A stretch of DNA of 64,000 nucleotides from an uncultured Clostridium sp. Its GTDB lineage: Bacteria; Bacillota; Clostridia; TANB77; CAG-508. The notes beneath the pieces are model-generated. The model ran no database searches and was not told where the DNA came from. It saw only the letters and a list, made by a program, of their open reading frames with translations. This document shows, one piece after another, positions 39,318 to 49,179 of the stretch (position 1 is the stretch's first letter; each line of letters opens with the position of its first letter). The stretch is taken from contig CAMMLS010000001.1 in the NCBI GenBank assembly GCA_946497775.1, positions 160,280 to 224,279 on the forward strand, read 5' to 3'. A program made the position numbers and the translations under genes.

Positions 39318-40970
39318 ATGAAAATAACTTTTTTAGGAGCAACAAAGACAGTTACAGGTTCAAATTTTTTAGTAGAAGGAGCAGGAAAAAAATTCATAGT
39401 AGACTGTGGTTTATATCAAGGAAAAGCCACAGATGAACTAAAAAATGAAGAAGACTTTTTATATGATGTAAAACAAATAGACTTTATGTTATTAACACAC
39501 GCACATATAGACCATTCAGGAAGAATTCCTAAATTATATAATGAAGGATTTAGGGGAGATGTATATGCAACAAAAGCGACTTGCGATTTATGTACAATAA
39601 TGTTACCTGATAGTGGACATATACAGGAAAACGAAGTAGAATGGAAAAATAGAAAAAGAAGAAGAGAAGGATTACCAGAACTACCACCATTATATACGGC
39701 AGAAGATGCAATAAAATCAATGGAAATATTTAAACCTGTAAGTTATGACGAAATTGTAGAAATAACAGAAAATATAAAAGTAAGATTTAATGATGCAGGA
39801 CACATGCTAGGTTCAAGTATTATAGAGATTTGGATAACAGAAGCCGGGGAAACAAAAAAAGTAGTATTTACAGGAGATTTAGGAAACAATGATATACCAC
39901 TTTTAGACTCTCCAACAATGATAGAAAGTGCAGACTATGTTGTAATGGAATCAACATATGGAAATAGACTTCATATGAGAAATGATGATAAAGCAGAATT
40001 ATTCTTAAATATAGTAGCAGAAACACTAGAAAAAGGTGGAAACGTTGTAATTCCATCATTTGCCGTAGGTAGAACACAAGAAATATTATATGAGTTAAGT
40101 AGATTAAGAGAGAACAACAAAGACAATGAAGAATTTAAAGCAAAATATAAAAGATTAATGGATGCCCCAGTATTTGTAGATAGTCCTCTTGCAATTTCTG
40201 CAACAGAAGTATTTAGAGAAAATATGGATTTATTTGAAGAGGATGTAAAAAAAGCAATAGCAAGTGGAGAAAATCCACTTGAATTTCCAGGTTTACAATT
40301 TACAAGAACAGCAGACGAATCAAAAGCATTAAATGAAACAGCGCATGCTTCTATAATAATATCTGCAAGCGGAATGTGCGAAGTAGGTAGAATTAAACAC
40401 CATTTAAAACATAACTTATGGAATCCAAATAACACAATACTTTTTGTAGGATATCAAGCACCAGGAACATTAGGAAGAAACATAGTAGATGGGGCTAAAA
40501 AAGTAAAAATATTTGGTGAAGAAATTGCTGTAAATGCAAGAATAGAATATATAGAAGGCTATTCAGGACACGCAGACCAAGAATGGTTACTAAATTTTGT
40601 ATATTCATTTATAAACAAGCCAAAGCATATATTCCTAGTACATGGGGAACCAGATGGACAAATAGAATTAAAACAAAAAATAATAGAAAATACTAAAATA
40701 CCAGTAACAATACCAGATTTTGGAGATGTGTATGAACTAAATGAAGACTTAAAATTACTTGAAAAAATGGAAGTTCCAGATAGATATAAATATATTAGAC
40801 TTGCAATACTTGAAAGAGTTGAAACACTTAAAGAAGAAATTGAAGATATGGGAGAAATTATTAAAGATACAATGCTTACAGAAGATGCAAAAGATTCTGA
40901 TTTAGCTGAGCTTAATGAAAAAGTAAAAGAATTAGAAAAACAAATTGTAAATATTATAGAGGAGCAATAG
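39318..40970 (+). CDS. MBL-fold beta-CASP ribonuclease (CPSF73/Ysh1-like, COG1236 type)
   Basis: Motifs FLGATKTVTGS, LLTHAHIDHSGRIP, NDAGHMLGS, a beta-CASP region, and GYSGHAD...LVHGE. Confidence 0.8.
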   Translation: MKITFLGATKTVTGSNFLVEGAGKKFIVDCGLYQGKATDELKNEEDFLYDVKQIDFMLLTHAHIDHSGRIPKLYNEGFRGDVYATKATCDLCTIMLPDSGHIQENEVEWKNRKRRREGLPELPPLYTAEDAIKSMEIFKPVSYDEIVEITENIKVRFNDAGHMLGSSIIEIWITEAGETKKVVFTGDLGNNDIPLLDSPTMIESADYVVMESTYGNRLHMRNDDKAELFLNIVAETLEKGGNVVIPSFAVGRTQEILYELSRLRENNKDNEEFKAKYKRLMDAPVFVDSPLAISATEVFRENMDLFEEDVKKAIASGENPLEFPGLQFTRTADESKALNETAHASIIISASGMCEVGRIKHHLKHNLWNPNNTILFVGYQAPGTLGRNIVDGAKKVKIFGEEIAVNARIEYIEGYSGHADQEWLLNFVYSFINKPKHIFLVHGEPDGQIELKQKIIENTKIPVTIPDFGDVYELNEDLKLLEKMEVPDRYKYIRLAILERVETLKEEIEDMGEIIKDTMLTEDAKDSDLAELNEKVKELEKQIVNIIEEQ

Positions 40971-41014
40971 CTCTATAAGATGATGTATATATATTAAAAT
41001 AAAAAGAGGAGAAT

Positions 41015-42901
41015 ATGATGAGAAATAAATATTTTAATGATGCAATTATAGGAAATAAAAATATGGTAGCTAGTTTTACAGAAAAAGGTGAGCTATTGCG
41101 CCTTTTTTATCCACAATCTGATTATAAACAATTTGTAGATTTTTTAAATGTCGGAATTAAAGTTAACGATTCTGGAATTATATATTTACATAAAGATATA
41201 AATAATACTTACAATCAATATTATTCAAAAGATACAAATGTTTTAAATACAGAGATTAGAAATTCATATTTTGAACTTAATATATTACAAACTGATTTTG
41301 TGCCAACTAAGGAAAATGTTTTAGTAAAAAGATATACTTTTGAAAATAACAATAATATAGATTTAAAAGTAAACTTATTATTACATTCAGGACTTTTAAC
41401 AAATTCTAATAATCAGGTAAGTGGTGCTTACAAAGAAAATGCATTAATGCAATACACACATGATTATACAGTTTCAATATTTTCAAAACAAGAGCCACTT
41501 AACTTTCAAATAAATAATACATTAGAAAATATTGCAAGTGGTGTAATAGGTGGAAAAGACTATGTCGGAATGTCAAATGATTCTAGTATAAGTTATGATA
41601 TTGGAACGATAAAATCAGGCGAAAAGAAAATAATAGATATTTTTGTTTATATAAATGAAAACAGTAAAAATAAAGAATTAATGGAAAAGTTATTAGAAAT
41701 TAAGCAAATGGATACAAAACAAGAACTAGAAAATACAAAAAGATATTGGAGAAAATATGTAAAAAATCATGAAAGCATAGAAATAGACGAATCAAAAAGT
41801 GAATATCACAAAAAAATTAAAAATATCTATTCAAGAACAATATTATTGTATCCATTAATAATAAACGAAACAACAGGTGGAATATCAGCAGCAATAGAAG
41901 TAGACGAAGAAAGAACCAAATGTGGAAGATACTCATACTGTTGGCCAAGAGATGCAGTTTCAATAACAGAAGCATTTGATATTTTAAAAATGGAAAAAGC
42001 AACAGAAAAGTTCTATAAAAACTTTTGCAAAAACACTCAAAATAAAGATGGAATGTGGGAACAACGTTTTTATACAGATGGAACACTTGCACCATGTTGG
42101 GGTTATCAAATAGACGAAACTGCTTCTGTGGTATATGGAGTATATAATCACTATTTAAAAACAAAAGATGAAAAATTTATAAAAGACAATTTAAAAATGT
42201 GTGAAAAAGCAGTACATTTTTTAGAAAGATACATAGATGATATAATACAAAATACAGGAAAATTTGGAAAAAGCTATGACATTTGGGAAGAAAGAGAAGA
42301 CATACATACATATTCGCTAGCTGCAATATTTTCAGCATTTGAAGCAATACTAAAAATGTATGAAATAGTAAAACCACAATATGAAGAAAATAGACTAAAA
42401 TTAGAACAAATAGCCAAAACTAACAGAAGACTAGATAAAAAATTAAGACAAATAAAAGAATACATATTAATGAATTTATACGATAACAATCAAAAAACAT
42501 TTGTAAGAAATTTGCAAGACAATAAAATGGATATAAGCTTACTAGGATTAGTATATCCATTTAAAGTATTTAAACCAACAGAAAAGAAAGTAGAAAACAC
42601 AGTAGAAAAAATAAATTTAACACTAAGAACATATACAGGAGGATATTTAAGATACGAAGGAGATAATTATATAAATGGAAATCCATGGGTAATATCAAAC
42701 CTATGGCTAGCAAACTATTATCTAGATAGAGGAGAAAAAAAGAAAGCACAAAAATGCTTCGACTTTGCAGTAAAAACATCAACAAAACATGGATTTTTAC
42801 CAGAACAAGTAAACAACGAAACACTAACTCCTGCCTGGGTAATAGGACTAGGCTGGTCACATGCAATGTTCATAATAACAATGAAAAGATTAATTGATTA
42901 A
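41015..42901 (+). CDS. glycoside hydrolase family 15 (glucoamylase-like)
   Basis: Motifs YSYCWPRDA, GYQIDETA, YDIWEER, LRYEGDNY and an (alpha/alpha)6-type C-terminus. Confidence 0.75.
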   Translation: MMRNKYFNDAIIGNKNMVASFTEKGELLRLFYPQSDYKQFVDFLNVGIKVNDSGIIYLHKDINNTYNQYYSKDTNVLNTEIRNSYFELNILQTDFVPTKENVLVKRYTFENNNNIDLKVNLLLHSGLLTNSNNQVSGAYKENALMQYTHDYTVSIFSKQEPLNFQINNTLENIASGVIGGKDYVGMSNDSSISYDIGTIKSGEKKIIDIFVYINENSKNKELMEKLLEIKQMDTKQELENTKRYWRKYVKNHESIEIDESKSEYHKKIKNIYSRTILLYPLIINETTGGISAAIEVDEERTKCGRYSYCWPRDAVSITEAFDILKMEKATEKFYKNFCKNTQNKDGMWEQRFYTDGTLAPCWGYQIDETASVVYGVYNHYLKTKDEKFIKDNLKMCEKAVHFLERYIDDIIQNTGKFGKSYDIWEEREDIHTYSLAAIFSAFEAILKMYEIVKPQYEENRLKLEQIAKTNRRLDKKLRQIKEYILMNLYDNNQKTFVRNLQDNKMDISLLGLVYPFKVFKPTEKKVENTVEKINLTLRTYTGGYLRYEGDNYINGNPWVISNLWLANYYLDRGEKKKAQKCFDFAVKTSTKHGFLPEQVNNETLTPAWVIGLGWSHAMFIITMKRLID

Positions 42902-42950
42902 TTGGGGACGTTTCCCAATGGGGTATTTTACCCCACTGGGGACATATCTT
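42902..42950 (+). repeat. REP palindromic element (left flank of RAYT)
   Basis: GGGGACGTTTCCCAATGGGGTATTTTACCCCACTGGGGAC(ATATCTT). The central hairpin is CCAATGGGGTA/TACCCCACTGG. Confidence 0.85.
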
Positions 42951-43035
42951 AGGACACAGAATGGACATATAAATAGTTTATAATGAAAAAATATTAAAAT
43001 GGGGGCTAAATAATTTACAGAAGGATGTGATTTAT

Positions 43036-43833
43036 TTGGCAAGAACATCAAGACAAATAAGCGAAACAGGAGTATACCATATAATACTTAGAGGTATAAA
43101 TAAAGAAAAAATTTTTTTAGATAAATATGATAAACAAAAAATGATAAAAGAATTAAAAAGAACTAAGGAAAAGTATAAATATGACATTTATGCATATTGC
43201 ATTATGACTAATCATATACATTTGCTATTAAAAGATAATAAAAATAACATTTCAACAGCAATACAGAGTTTTGCAGTTTCATATTCGCAATATTTTAATA
43301 AGAAATATAATCGAACAGGACATCTATTTCAAAATAGATTTAAAAGTAAGTGTGTAGAAAGTGAAAGCTATTTGCTAAATGTTCAGAGATATATACATAA
43401 AAATCCTGAAAAAGCAGGAATTTCTAAGATGGAAGAATATCATTGGAGTAGCTATAAAGAATATACAGAAAAGGCAGATTTAACTGATACAAAATTGATT
43501 TTATCATTATTTGCAGAAAGTAATGATGAAGCAATAAAGTCTTTTAAAAACTTTAATACAAAGGAAAACATAAATAATGAAATTGATAATTTTTCAGAAT
43601 ATGAAATAATTAGTAAATTAACAGATGAAGAAGCAAAAGCTGCAATAGAAGAATATTTAAATATTAAAGATATTACCAAAATAAAAAATTATAATTTTAA
43701 AATAAGAAATGAAATGATAAAAGAATTAAAAGGAATGAGGGGAACATCTAACAGACAATTATCAAGAATAATTGGTATAGACCATAAAATAATAAGTAAA
43801 ATATTAAGTGAAGATGTGTCCCCAATGGGGTAA
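43036..43833 (+). CDS. REP-associated tyrosine transposase (RAYT, IS200-like Y1 HUH transposase) with a C-terminal HTH
   Basis: The likely start is TTG 43036 (MARTSRQISETGVYHIILRGIN, the typical RAYT N-terminus) with an AAGGA RBS. HUH motif TNHIHLLL. Catalytic Tyr in VQRYIHKNPEKAG. C-terminal HTH TSNRQLSRIIGIDHKIISKI. Confidence 0.8.
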   Translation: MARTSRQISETGVYHIILRGINKEKIFLDKYDKQKMIKELKRTKEKYKYDIYAYCIMTNHIHLLLKDNKNNISTAIQSFAVSYSQYFNKKYNRTGHLFQNRFKSKCVESESYLLNVQRYIHKNPEKAGISKMEEYHWSSYKEYTEKADLTDTKLILSLFAESNDEAIKSFKNFNTKENINNEIDNFSEYEIISKLTDEEAKAAIEEYLNIKDITKIKNYNFKIRNEMIKELKGMRGTSNRQLSRIIGIDHKIISKILSEDVSPMG

Positions 43834-43857
43834 AATACCCCATTGGGAAACGTCCCC
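43811..43857 (-). repeat. REP palindromic element (right flank of RAYT, inverted)
   Basis: The minus strand reads GGGGACGTTTCCCAATGGGGTATTTTACCCCATTGGGGAC(ACATCTT). It overlaps the last RAYT codons and abuts the radA RBS. Confidence 0.85.
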
Positions 43858-43870
43858 AGGAGGAGAAAAG

Positions 43871-45233
43871 ATGGCTAAGACTAAAAGTGTATTTGTTTGT
43901 AGTAGTTGTGGGTATGAGTCTGCTAAGTGGCTTGGCAAATGCCCGGGATGTAATGAATGGAATAGTTTTTATGAGGAAAAATTAGCAAAGGATAATTTGA
44001 AGAGTAGCAGTGAAAAAAGGAAATCTGTTATTCCTCAAAGCTTAAATAGTGTTGAAAGTAAACAGTCTGTAAGAATATCTACTGGAATTGGTGAATTAAA
44101 TAGAGTTTTAGGAGGAGGACTTGTTGAAGGTTCTCTTGTTTTGCTTGGTGGAGAGCCGGGTATTGGCAAGTCAACTCTAATTTTACAAATATGCGATAAA
44201 GTTAAAGTAGATGGAAAAGTACTTTATATTTCTGGTGAGGAGTCGGCAGAGCAAATAAAGATTAGAGCAGATAGATTGAAAATTAAAAGCGATAATATAA
44301 TGTTTTTATCTGAAACAGATATTGATTTAATAGAAGACACTATAAATACTATGAACCCAAAACTTGTAATTATAGATTCTATACAAACAATGTATTCAGA
44401 TGAAATTACATCTGCACCAGGTAGTGTAAGCCAAGTAAGAGAAATAACTGCACGTATAATGAAAATGTGTAAAGCAAATGGTGTTACAACTATTATAATT
44501 GGTCATGTTACAAAAGATGGAAATATAGCAGGCCCAAGAGTTTTAGAACATATGGTAGATACGGTTCTATATCTAGAAGGAGAGAGATATTTTTCATATA
44601 GAATATTAAGAGGAGTTAAAAATAGATTTGGATCAACAAATGAAATAGGAATGTTCGAAATGCAAAATGAAGGAATGGTAGAAATAGATAACCCATCATC
44701 TATACTTATTTCAGAAAGAGAAGATAATCCATCTGGCTCAGTTATAGTAGCAAGTCTAGAAGGAACAAGGTCTTTGTTATTAGAACTTCAAGCATTAGTT
44801 ACACCAACAGTATTTGGAATGCCTAGAAGAACAGCAAATGGCATAGATTACAACAGGTTAACATTATTAATAGCAGTACTAGAAAAAAGAGCTGGTTTAA
44901 TGCTAGGTAACCAAGATGTATATTTAAATGTAGTAGGTGGAATAAAAGTAAACGAGCCAGCGGTAGACCTAGGAATAATATTAGCGGCAGCTTCAAGCTT
45001 TAAAAATATAAGTATAAAACAAGATGTAGTAGCAATTGGTGAAGTTCGGATTAACAGGAGAAATAAGAGCAGTAAATCTTATAGATAAAAGATTAAAAGA
45101 AGCGGAAAAGTTAGGATTTAAGACATGCATCATACCAGAAAATAACAAAAAACTATTGAAAGAAAAATACAAATTAGATATAATAGGTGTGAAAAATATA
45201 AACGAGGCAATGAGGGCTATTGGTTTAAAGTAA
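43871..45233 (+). CDS. radA: DNA repair protein RadA/Sms; requires a +1 change at in-frame CGG (C45047)
   Basis: AGGAGGAG RBS and ATG 43871. Zinc ribbon CSSCGYESAKWLGKCPGCNEW. Walker A GGEPGIGKST. KNRFG motif. Skipping C45047 gives AIGEV|GLTGEIRAVNLIDKRLKEAEKLGF (Lon-like domain), joining the ORFs at 43808 and 45036. Confidence 0.9.
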
Positions 45234-45248
45234 GGATGTGAGATTTCT

Positions 45249-46334
45249 TTGGAAGAAAATGTTAAAAAAGAGGAGATGCTAATAGAAATTCTAAAGATTA
45301 TGGCACCAGGAACAGGATTGCGTGAAGGTTTAGAAAATATACTAAAAGCAAAAACAGGTGCTCTAATAATAATAGGTGATTCAAAAGAAATAATGGAAAT
45401 AGTAGATGGTGGATTTAAAATTAACGAAGACTATACACCAGCAAGACTATATGAACTTGCAAAAATGGACGGAGCAGTGGTCCTAAGTAGTGATATGAAA
45501 AAAATATTATTTGCAAATGCACAAATAATGCCATCAAACACTATTCCAACACAGGAAACAGGAACCAGACATAGAACAGCAGAACGTACAGCAAAACAAA
45601 CAGGAGAACTAGTAATTAGCATATCACAAAGAAGAAACATAATTACTGTATTTAAAGGAAATTTAAGATATACGGTAGAAGAAACATCTAAAATAATAAC
45701 AAAAGCAAATCAAGCACTTCAAATATTAGAAAAATACAAAAAAGTATTTGATAATAATCTAAGTATATTAAATGAATATGAATTTAATGATATAGTAACA
45801 TTAGATAATGTTATAAATTGTATTCAAAAAGTAGAAAAAGTAATGAAAGTAGTAGAAGAGGTAAAAAAGAGTATATACGAGCTTGGCACAGATGGTCGTT
45901 TAGTCCAAATGCAATTAGATGAATTAATAGGTGGGGTAGAAGAAGAAGAATTACTAATAATAAAAGATTATATAGCACAAACAAATAAAAGAAAAACAGC
46001 TGAAAAAGCACTTAAAGAAATACGTGAAATTAGCATAAATTCAAATATAAGTGATATTACAATTGCAAAAGCAATAGGATATGAAAATTTTGAGAACTAT
46101 GAGGAAATTGCAGTATATCCAAAAGGATATAGAATACTAAGCAAAGTACCAAAAGTTCCTTCTAATATAGTGGATAATTTAGTAAAATATTTTAAATCAT
46201 TCCAACACATACTACTTGCAGAAATAGAAGAATTAGACAAAGTAGATGGAATTGGAGAAGTAAGAGCATTAAATATAAAACAAACTCTAAAAAGAATGCA
46301 AGAACAATTTGTATTTGATAATATAATGATTTAA
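45249..46334 (+). CDS. disA: DNA integrity scanning protein DisA (diadenylate cyclase)
   Basis: Motifs MAPGTGLREGLENILKAKTGALIIIG, DGAVVL, TGTRHRTAER and a C-terminal HhH (VDGIGEVRALNI). Confidence 0.9.
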   Translation: MEENVKKEEMLIEILKIMAPGTGLREGLENILKAKTGALIIIGDSKEIMEIVDGGFKINEDYTPARLYELAKMDGAVVLSSDMKKILFANAQIMPSNTIPTQETGTRHRTAERTAKQTGELVISISQRRNIITVFKGNLRYTVEETSKIITKANQALQILEKYKKVFDNNLSILNEYEFNDIVTLDNVINCIQKVEKVMKVVEEVKKSIYELGTDGRLVQMQLDELIGGVEEEELLIIKDYIAQTNKRKTAEKALKEIREISINSNISDITIAKAIGYENFENYEEIAVYPKGYRILSKVPKVPSNIVDNLVKYFKSFQHILLAEIEELDKVDGIGEVRALNIKQTLKRMQEQFVFDNIMI

Positions 46335-46352
46335 CCAAAGAAGGAGGCAAAA

Positions 46353-48326
46353 ATGTTATCACAAAATAAAGGAATAACTCTAATTACGCTTGCTATAACA
46401 ATAATAGTACTTGCTATATTGACAACAGCAACTATAAATGTAGGGTATGATACATATAAAGATATGGTAGTAACAGGATATGTATCAAGAATGAATATAA
46501 TACAATCAAGAGTAAATATAATAAGCCAAAAAATAGAACAAGGAGATACCTCATATGATAATGTAGGTACAGCCATTAATCAACTTAATGACGAATTAAT
46601 AAGCAAAGCAGCAATAGCTTTAAATGGTGAAAACATTTCAGACTTTAAATATTATAATACAGAAGCACTAAATGCATTGGGAATAGAAAAAATAGAGCAA
46701 GATGTATTTATAAACCTAAACACAAGAAAAATTTACTCAGTAGATGGAGTAAATTACGAAGGGCAAACCTATTATAATCAATACCAATTACCAAATGGAG
46801 TGCAAGTAGTAGAATATAGTGAGTTACAAACAGAAGCACCAGAATTCACATTAGAAAAAGATAACTATGGATTAACAACACAAGTAAATATAACAAACAT
46901 AATATATGATGAGCAAATAAGTGGATCAGACATATATTATGGAGAAGTAACAGATAACAGTACTAACCCAGTAACAGTAGACTTTTGGAGACAAGTAAAT
47001 GGTACAAGCTTTCAAGTTACAAAAACAGCCACATATGCAGTAAAACTAATAGACAGAAATGGTGGAGAAACAATAAAAACAGTAGATGTAGTAACATGCA
47101 ACAGTCCAGAACTAACAGCAGGAATGGTACCAGTAATATATGAAAATGGAAGCTGGAAAAAGGTAGCAGATAATGAAATAGGAAAATGGTATGACTATGC
47201 AGAAGGAAAATGGGCAAACATAATGCTTAGCGATGGACTAGAAATTGCATCAGACGGAACAATAACAACAATGGGAAGCATGTTTGTATGGATACCAAGA
47301 TATGCCTACCAAATAACAAGCAATTACCACAATGGTGGAGAAGGAATAAGCGGAAATATAAATGTAAAATTCCTTAAAAACTTAACATATTTAACAACAG
47401 ACGAAACAACAACTAAAATGATTAACGAATCAGGAGAAGGTAACTGGAATGTCCACCCAGCATTCACAGACGGCTCAGAAAACAACTACGCAAACGGTGG
47501 CTGGGACAGAGAACTAACAGGCTTCTGGGTAGCCAAATTCGAAGCCAGCAGCTCATCACCAGAGCTAGACTACGGCGGAGGAAATGTAACAAATCTTAAT
47601 ATAAAAGTATTGCCAAATGTAGTAAGCTGGAGAAATATATCAATAGCAAACATATTTACAAATTGCCTAAACATGAATGCAGAAGGAAATATATATGGAA
47701 TACCAACAAATGCAGTAACACACCTAATGAAAAACAGCGAATGGGGAGCAGTAGCGTATTTAACACAAAGTAAATATGGTAGAAATGGAACAGAGGTAAC
47801 CATAAACAATAGCAGTAGCTATATAACTGGAAATGCAGGTAATGCCATAGATGCAACAGAAGTAAATGGAATTGTAAATGCTTATAACACAGAAAAAGGA
47901 GTATTAGCAAGTACAACTGGAACTGTATATGGAATATACGATATGTCTGGTGGTGCTGATGACTTTGTGGCTGCTGGATTAACTAGCTCAATAGATAAAG
48001 AATTGATGACTTTACCTGGATTTAAAGAAAAACTAGTAGATAGATATATGGGAACAAGTGATAATCCACAAACAAATTATGAAGAAACATATAATATAAA
48101 AAAATATGGCGATGCTATGTATGAAATTTCAAGTCATGGATCATCTTGGGATATTAGCTCTGCATGGAATTCAGATGCACATGGAATGATTTGGACTTCA
48201 GGAGGAGATTTTGTAGAAAGGGGTAACGCTGAGAATAGAACAAGTAAAGCGGGAATTTTTGCATTAAACGGAGCACTGAATGGGGAAACATGGATTTCAT
48301 TTCGTCCAACAATAGTAATAGAATAA
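46353..48326 (+). CDS. secreted protein with a type IV pilin-like N-terminus and an FGE/SUMF1-like C-terminal module (paralog of 9597-11343)
   Basis: N-terminus MLSQNKGITLITLAITIIVLAIL. Motifs FVWIPRYAY, HPAF, YANGGWDRELTGFWVAKFE, VVSW, SEWGAVAYLTQSKYGRN and YGIYDMSGG. Confidence 0.75.
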   Translation: MLSQNKGITLITLAITIIVLAILTTATINVGYDTYKDMVVTGYVSRMNIIQSRVNIISQKIEQGDTSYDNVGTAINQLNDELISKAAIALNGENISDFKYYNTEALNALGIEKIEQDVFINLNTRKIYSVDGVNYEGQTYYNQYQLPNGVQVVEYSELQTEAPEFTLEKDNYGLTTQVNITNIIYDEQISGSDIYYGEVTDNSTNPVTVDFWRQVNGTSFQVTKTATYAVKLIDRNGGETIKTVDVVTCNSPELTAGMVPVIYENGSWKKVADNEIGKWYDYAEGKWANIMLSDGLEIASDGTITTMGSMFVWIPRYAYQITSNYHNGGEGISGNINVKFLKNLTYLTTDETTTKMINESGEGNWNVHPAFTDGSENNYANGGWDRELTGFWVAKFEASSSSPELDYGGGNVTNLNIKVLPNVVSWRNISIANIFTNCLNMNAEGNIYGIPTNAVTHLMKNSEWGAVAYLTQSKYGRNGTEVTINNSSSYITGNAGNAIDATEVNGIVNAYNTEKGVLASTTGTVYGIYDMSGGADDFVAAGLTSSIDKELMTLPGFKEKLVDRYMGTSDNPQTNYEETYNIKKYGDAMYEISSHGSSWDISSAWNSDAHGMIWTSGGDFVERGNAENRTSKAGIFALNGALNGETWISFRPTIVIE

Positions 48327-48338
48327 AAGGAGTAAACA

Positions 48339-48767
48339 ATGCTAAATAAAGAAAAACAAAAACAAATAATAGATTTTCTAGTAGCAAAAACAAATTGCTG
48401 TGCAATAATAATCTTTGGTAGCTATGCAAGAGACTACGAAAGACCAGATAGCGACTTAGATATAGCAATAAAAACAGACAAAAAACTAACAAATATAGAA
48501 ATATTTAACCTACAAAACGAACTAGAAGATATAATAAAAATAGAAGTAGATTTAATTGACCTATCACAAGAAATGGGAGATGGTTTCAGGTACGAAATAC
48601 TAATAAACGGAATACTAATTTATTGCACAAACGAATTTGAATTTGATTTATATAAACTAAGAATGTTCAGAGAATACCTAGAACTAAACGAAAGCAGACA
48701 AGAAATATTAAAACAACTAAAAGAAGGAGATTTATACAATGGAAAACAAAACAGTAATAATAAATAA
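48339..48767 (+). CDS. mntA: MNT-type nucleotidyltransferase antitoxin (type VII TA)
   Basis: Motif FGSYARDYERPDSDLDIAI (GS-x10-DxD). Overlaps the downstream HepT gene. Confidence 0.75.
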   Translation: MLNKEKQKQIIDFLVAKTNCCAIIIFGSYARDYERPDSDLDIAIKTDKKLTNIEIFNLQNELEDIIKIEVDLIDLSQEMGDGFRYEILINGILIYCTNEFEFDLYKLRMFREYLELNESRQEILKQLKEGDLYNGKQNSNNK

Positions 48768-49140
48768 ACTTGAAATAGTAGAAAGATGTATAAAAAGAAT
48801 AGAAGAAGAATATGAAAATAATCCAGCAAATTTAGAAGACTATAAAAGATTAGATTGTATTGTACTTAACCTTCAAAGAGCATGTGAAGCAGTAATAGAT
48901 GTGGCTATGTATATTGTATCTAGTAGAAAACTAGGAGTCCCTCAAACTAAAAAAGAGGCAATAGATTTATTATATAATAACGATTTAATAAATAAAGAAA
49001 TGCATAATAATATTAAAAATATGGTAGGATTTAGAAACATAGCAGTACATGATTATAAAAAAATAGATAATAGCATAATAGAAGATGTTATCAAAAATCA
49101 CTTAAGAGATTTAATAGAATTTGTAAAAGTATTTTTATAA
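48739..49140 (+). CDS. hepT: HepT (DUF86) RNase toxin
   Basis: R-x4-H-x-Y motif in FRNIAVHDY. About 130 aa, all-helical. Confidence 0.75.
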   Translation: MENKTVIINKLEIVERCIKRIEEEYENNPANLEDYKRLDCIVLNLQRACEAVIDVAMYIVSSRKLGVPQTKKEAIDLLYNNDLINKEMHNNIKNMVGFRNIAVHDYKKIDNSIIEDVIKNHLRDLIEFVKVFL

Positions 49141-49179
49141 AATAGATAAGTGAATTTTGTGTGAAAAAAACAAAAAATA

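Larger units (their letters stand above)
42902..43857 (+). mobile_element. REP-RAYT unit: Y1 (HUH) transposase gene bracketed by inverted REP palindromes
   Basis: REP at 42904-42943 (+) and a copy identical at 39 of 40 positions at 43818-43857 (-) flank the RAYT ORF. Confidence 0.75.

Noticed and set aside
42902-43857. A larger integrated element (prophage or ICE) around the RAYT gene.
   Set aside because: No integrase, phage, conjugation or cargo genes are present. The flanking genes (GH15 hydrolase, radA-disA) are housekeeping-like and tightly spaced.
45036-45233. A separate 65-aa gene starting at ATG 45036, and likewise the track starts at 5822 (TTG), 9790, 13698, 27399 and 28172.
   Set aside because: These are downstream fragments of radA, spoIVB, the pilin-like gene, mtaB, spoIIIAA and traX. 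The conserved sequence continues upstream of each supposed start in the frame reached by skipping the C of an in-frame CGG.
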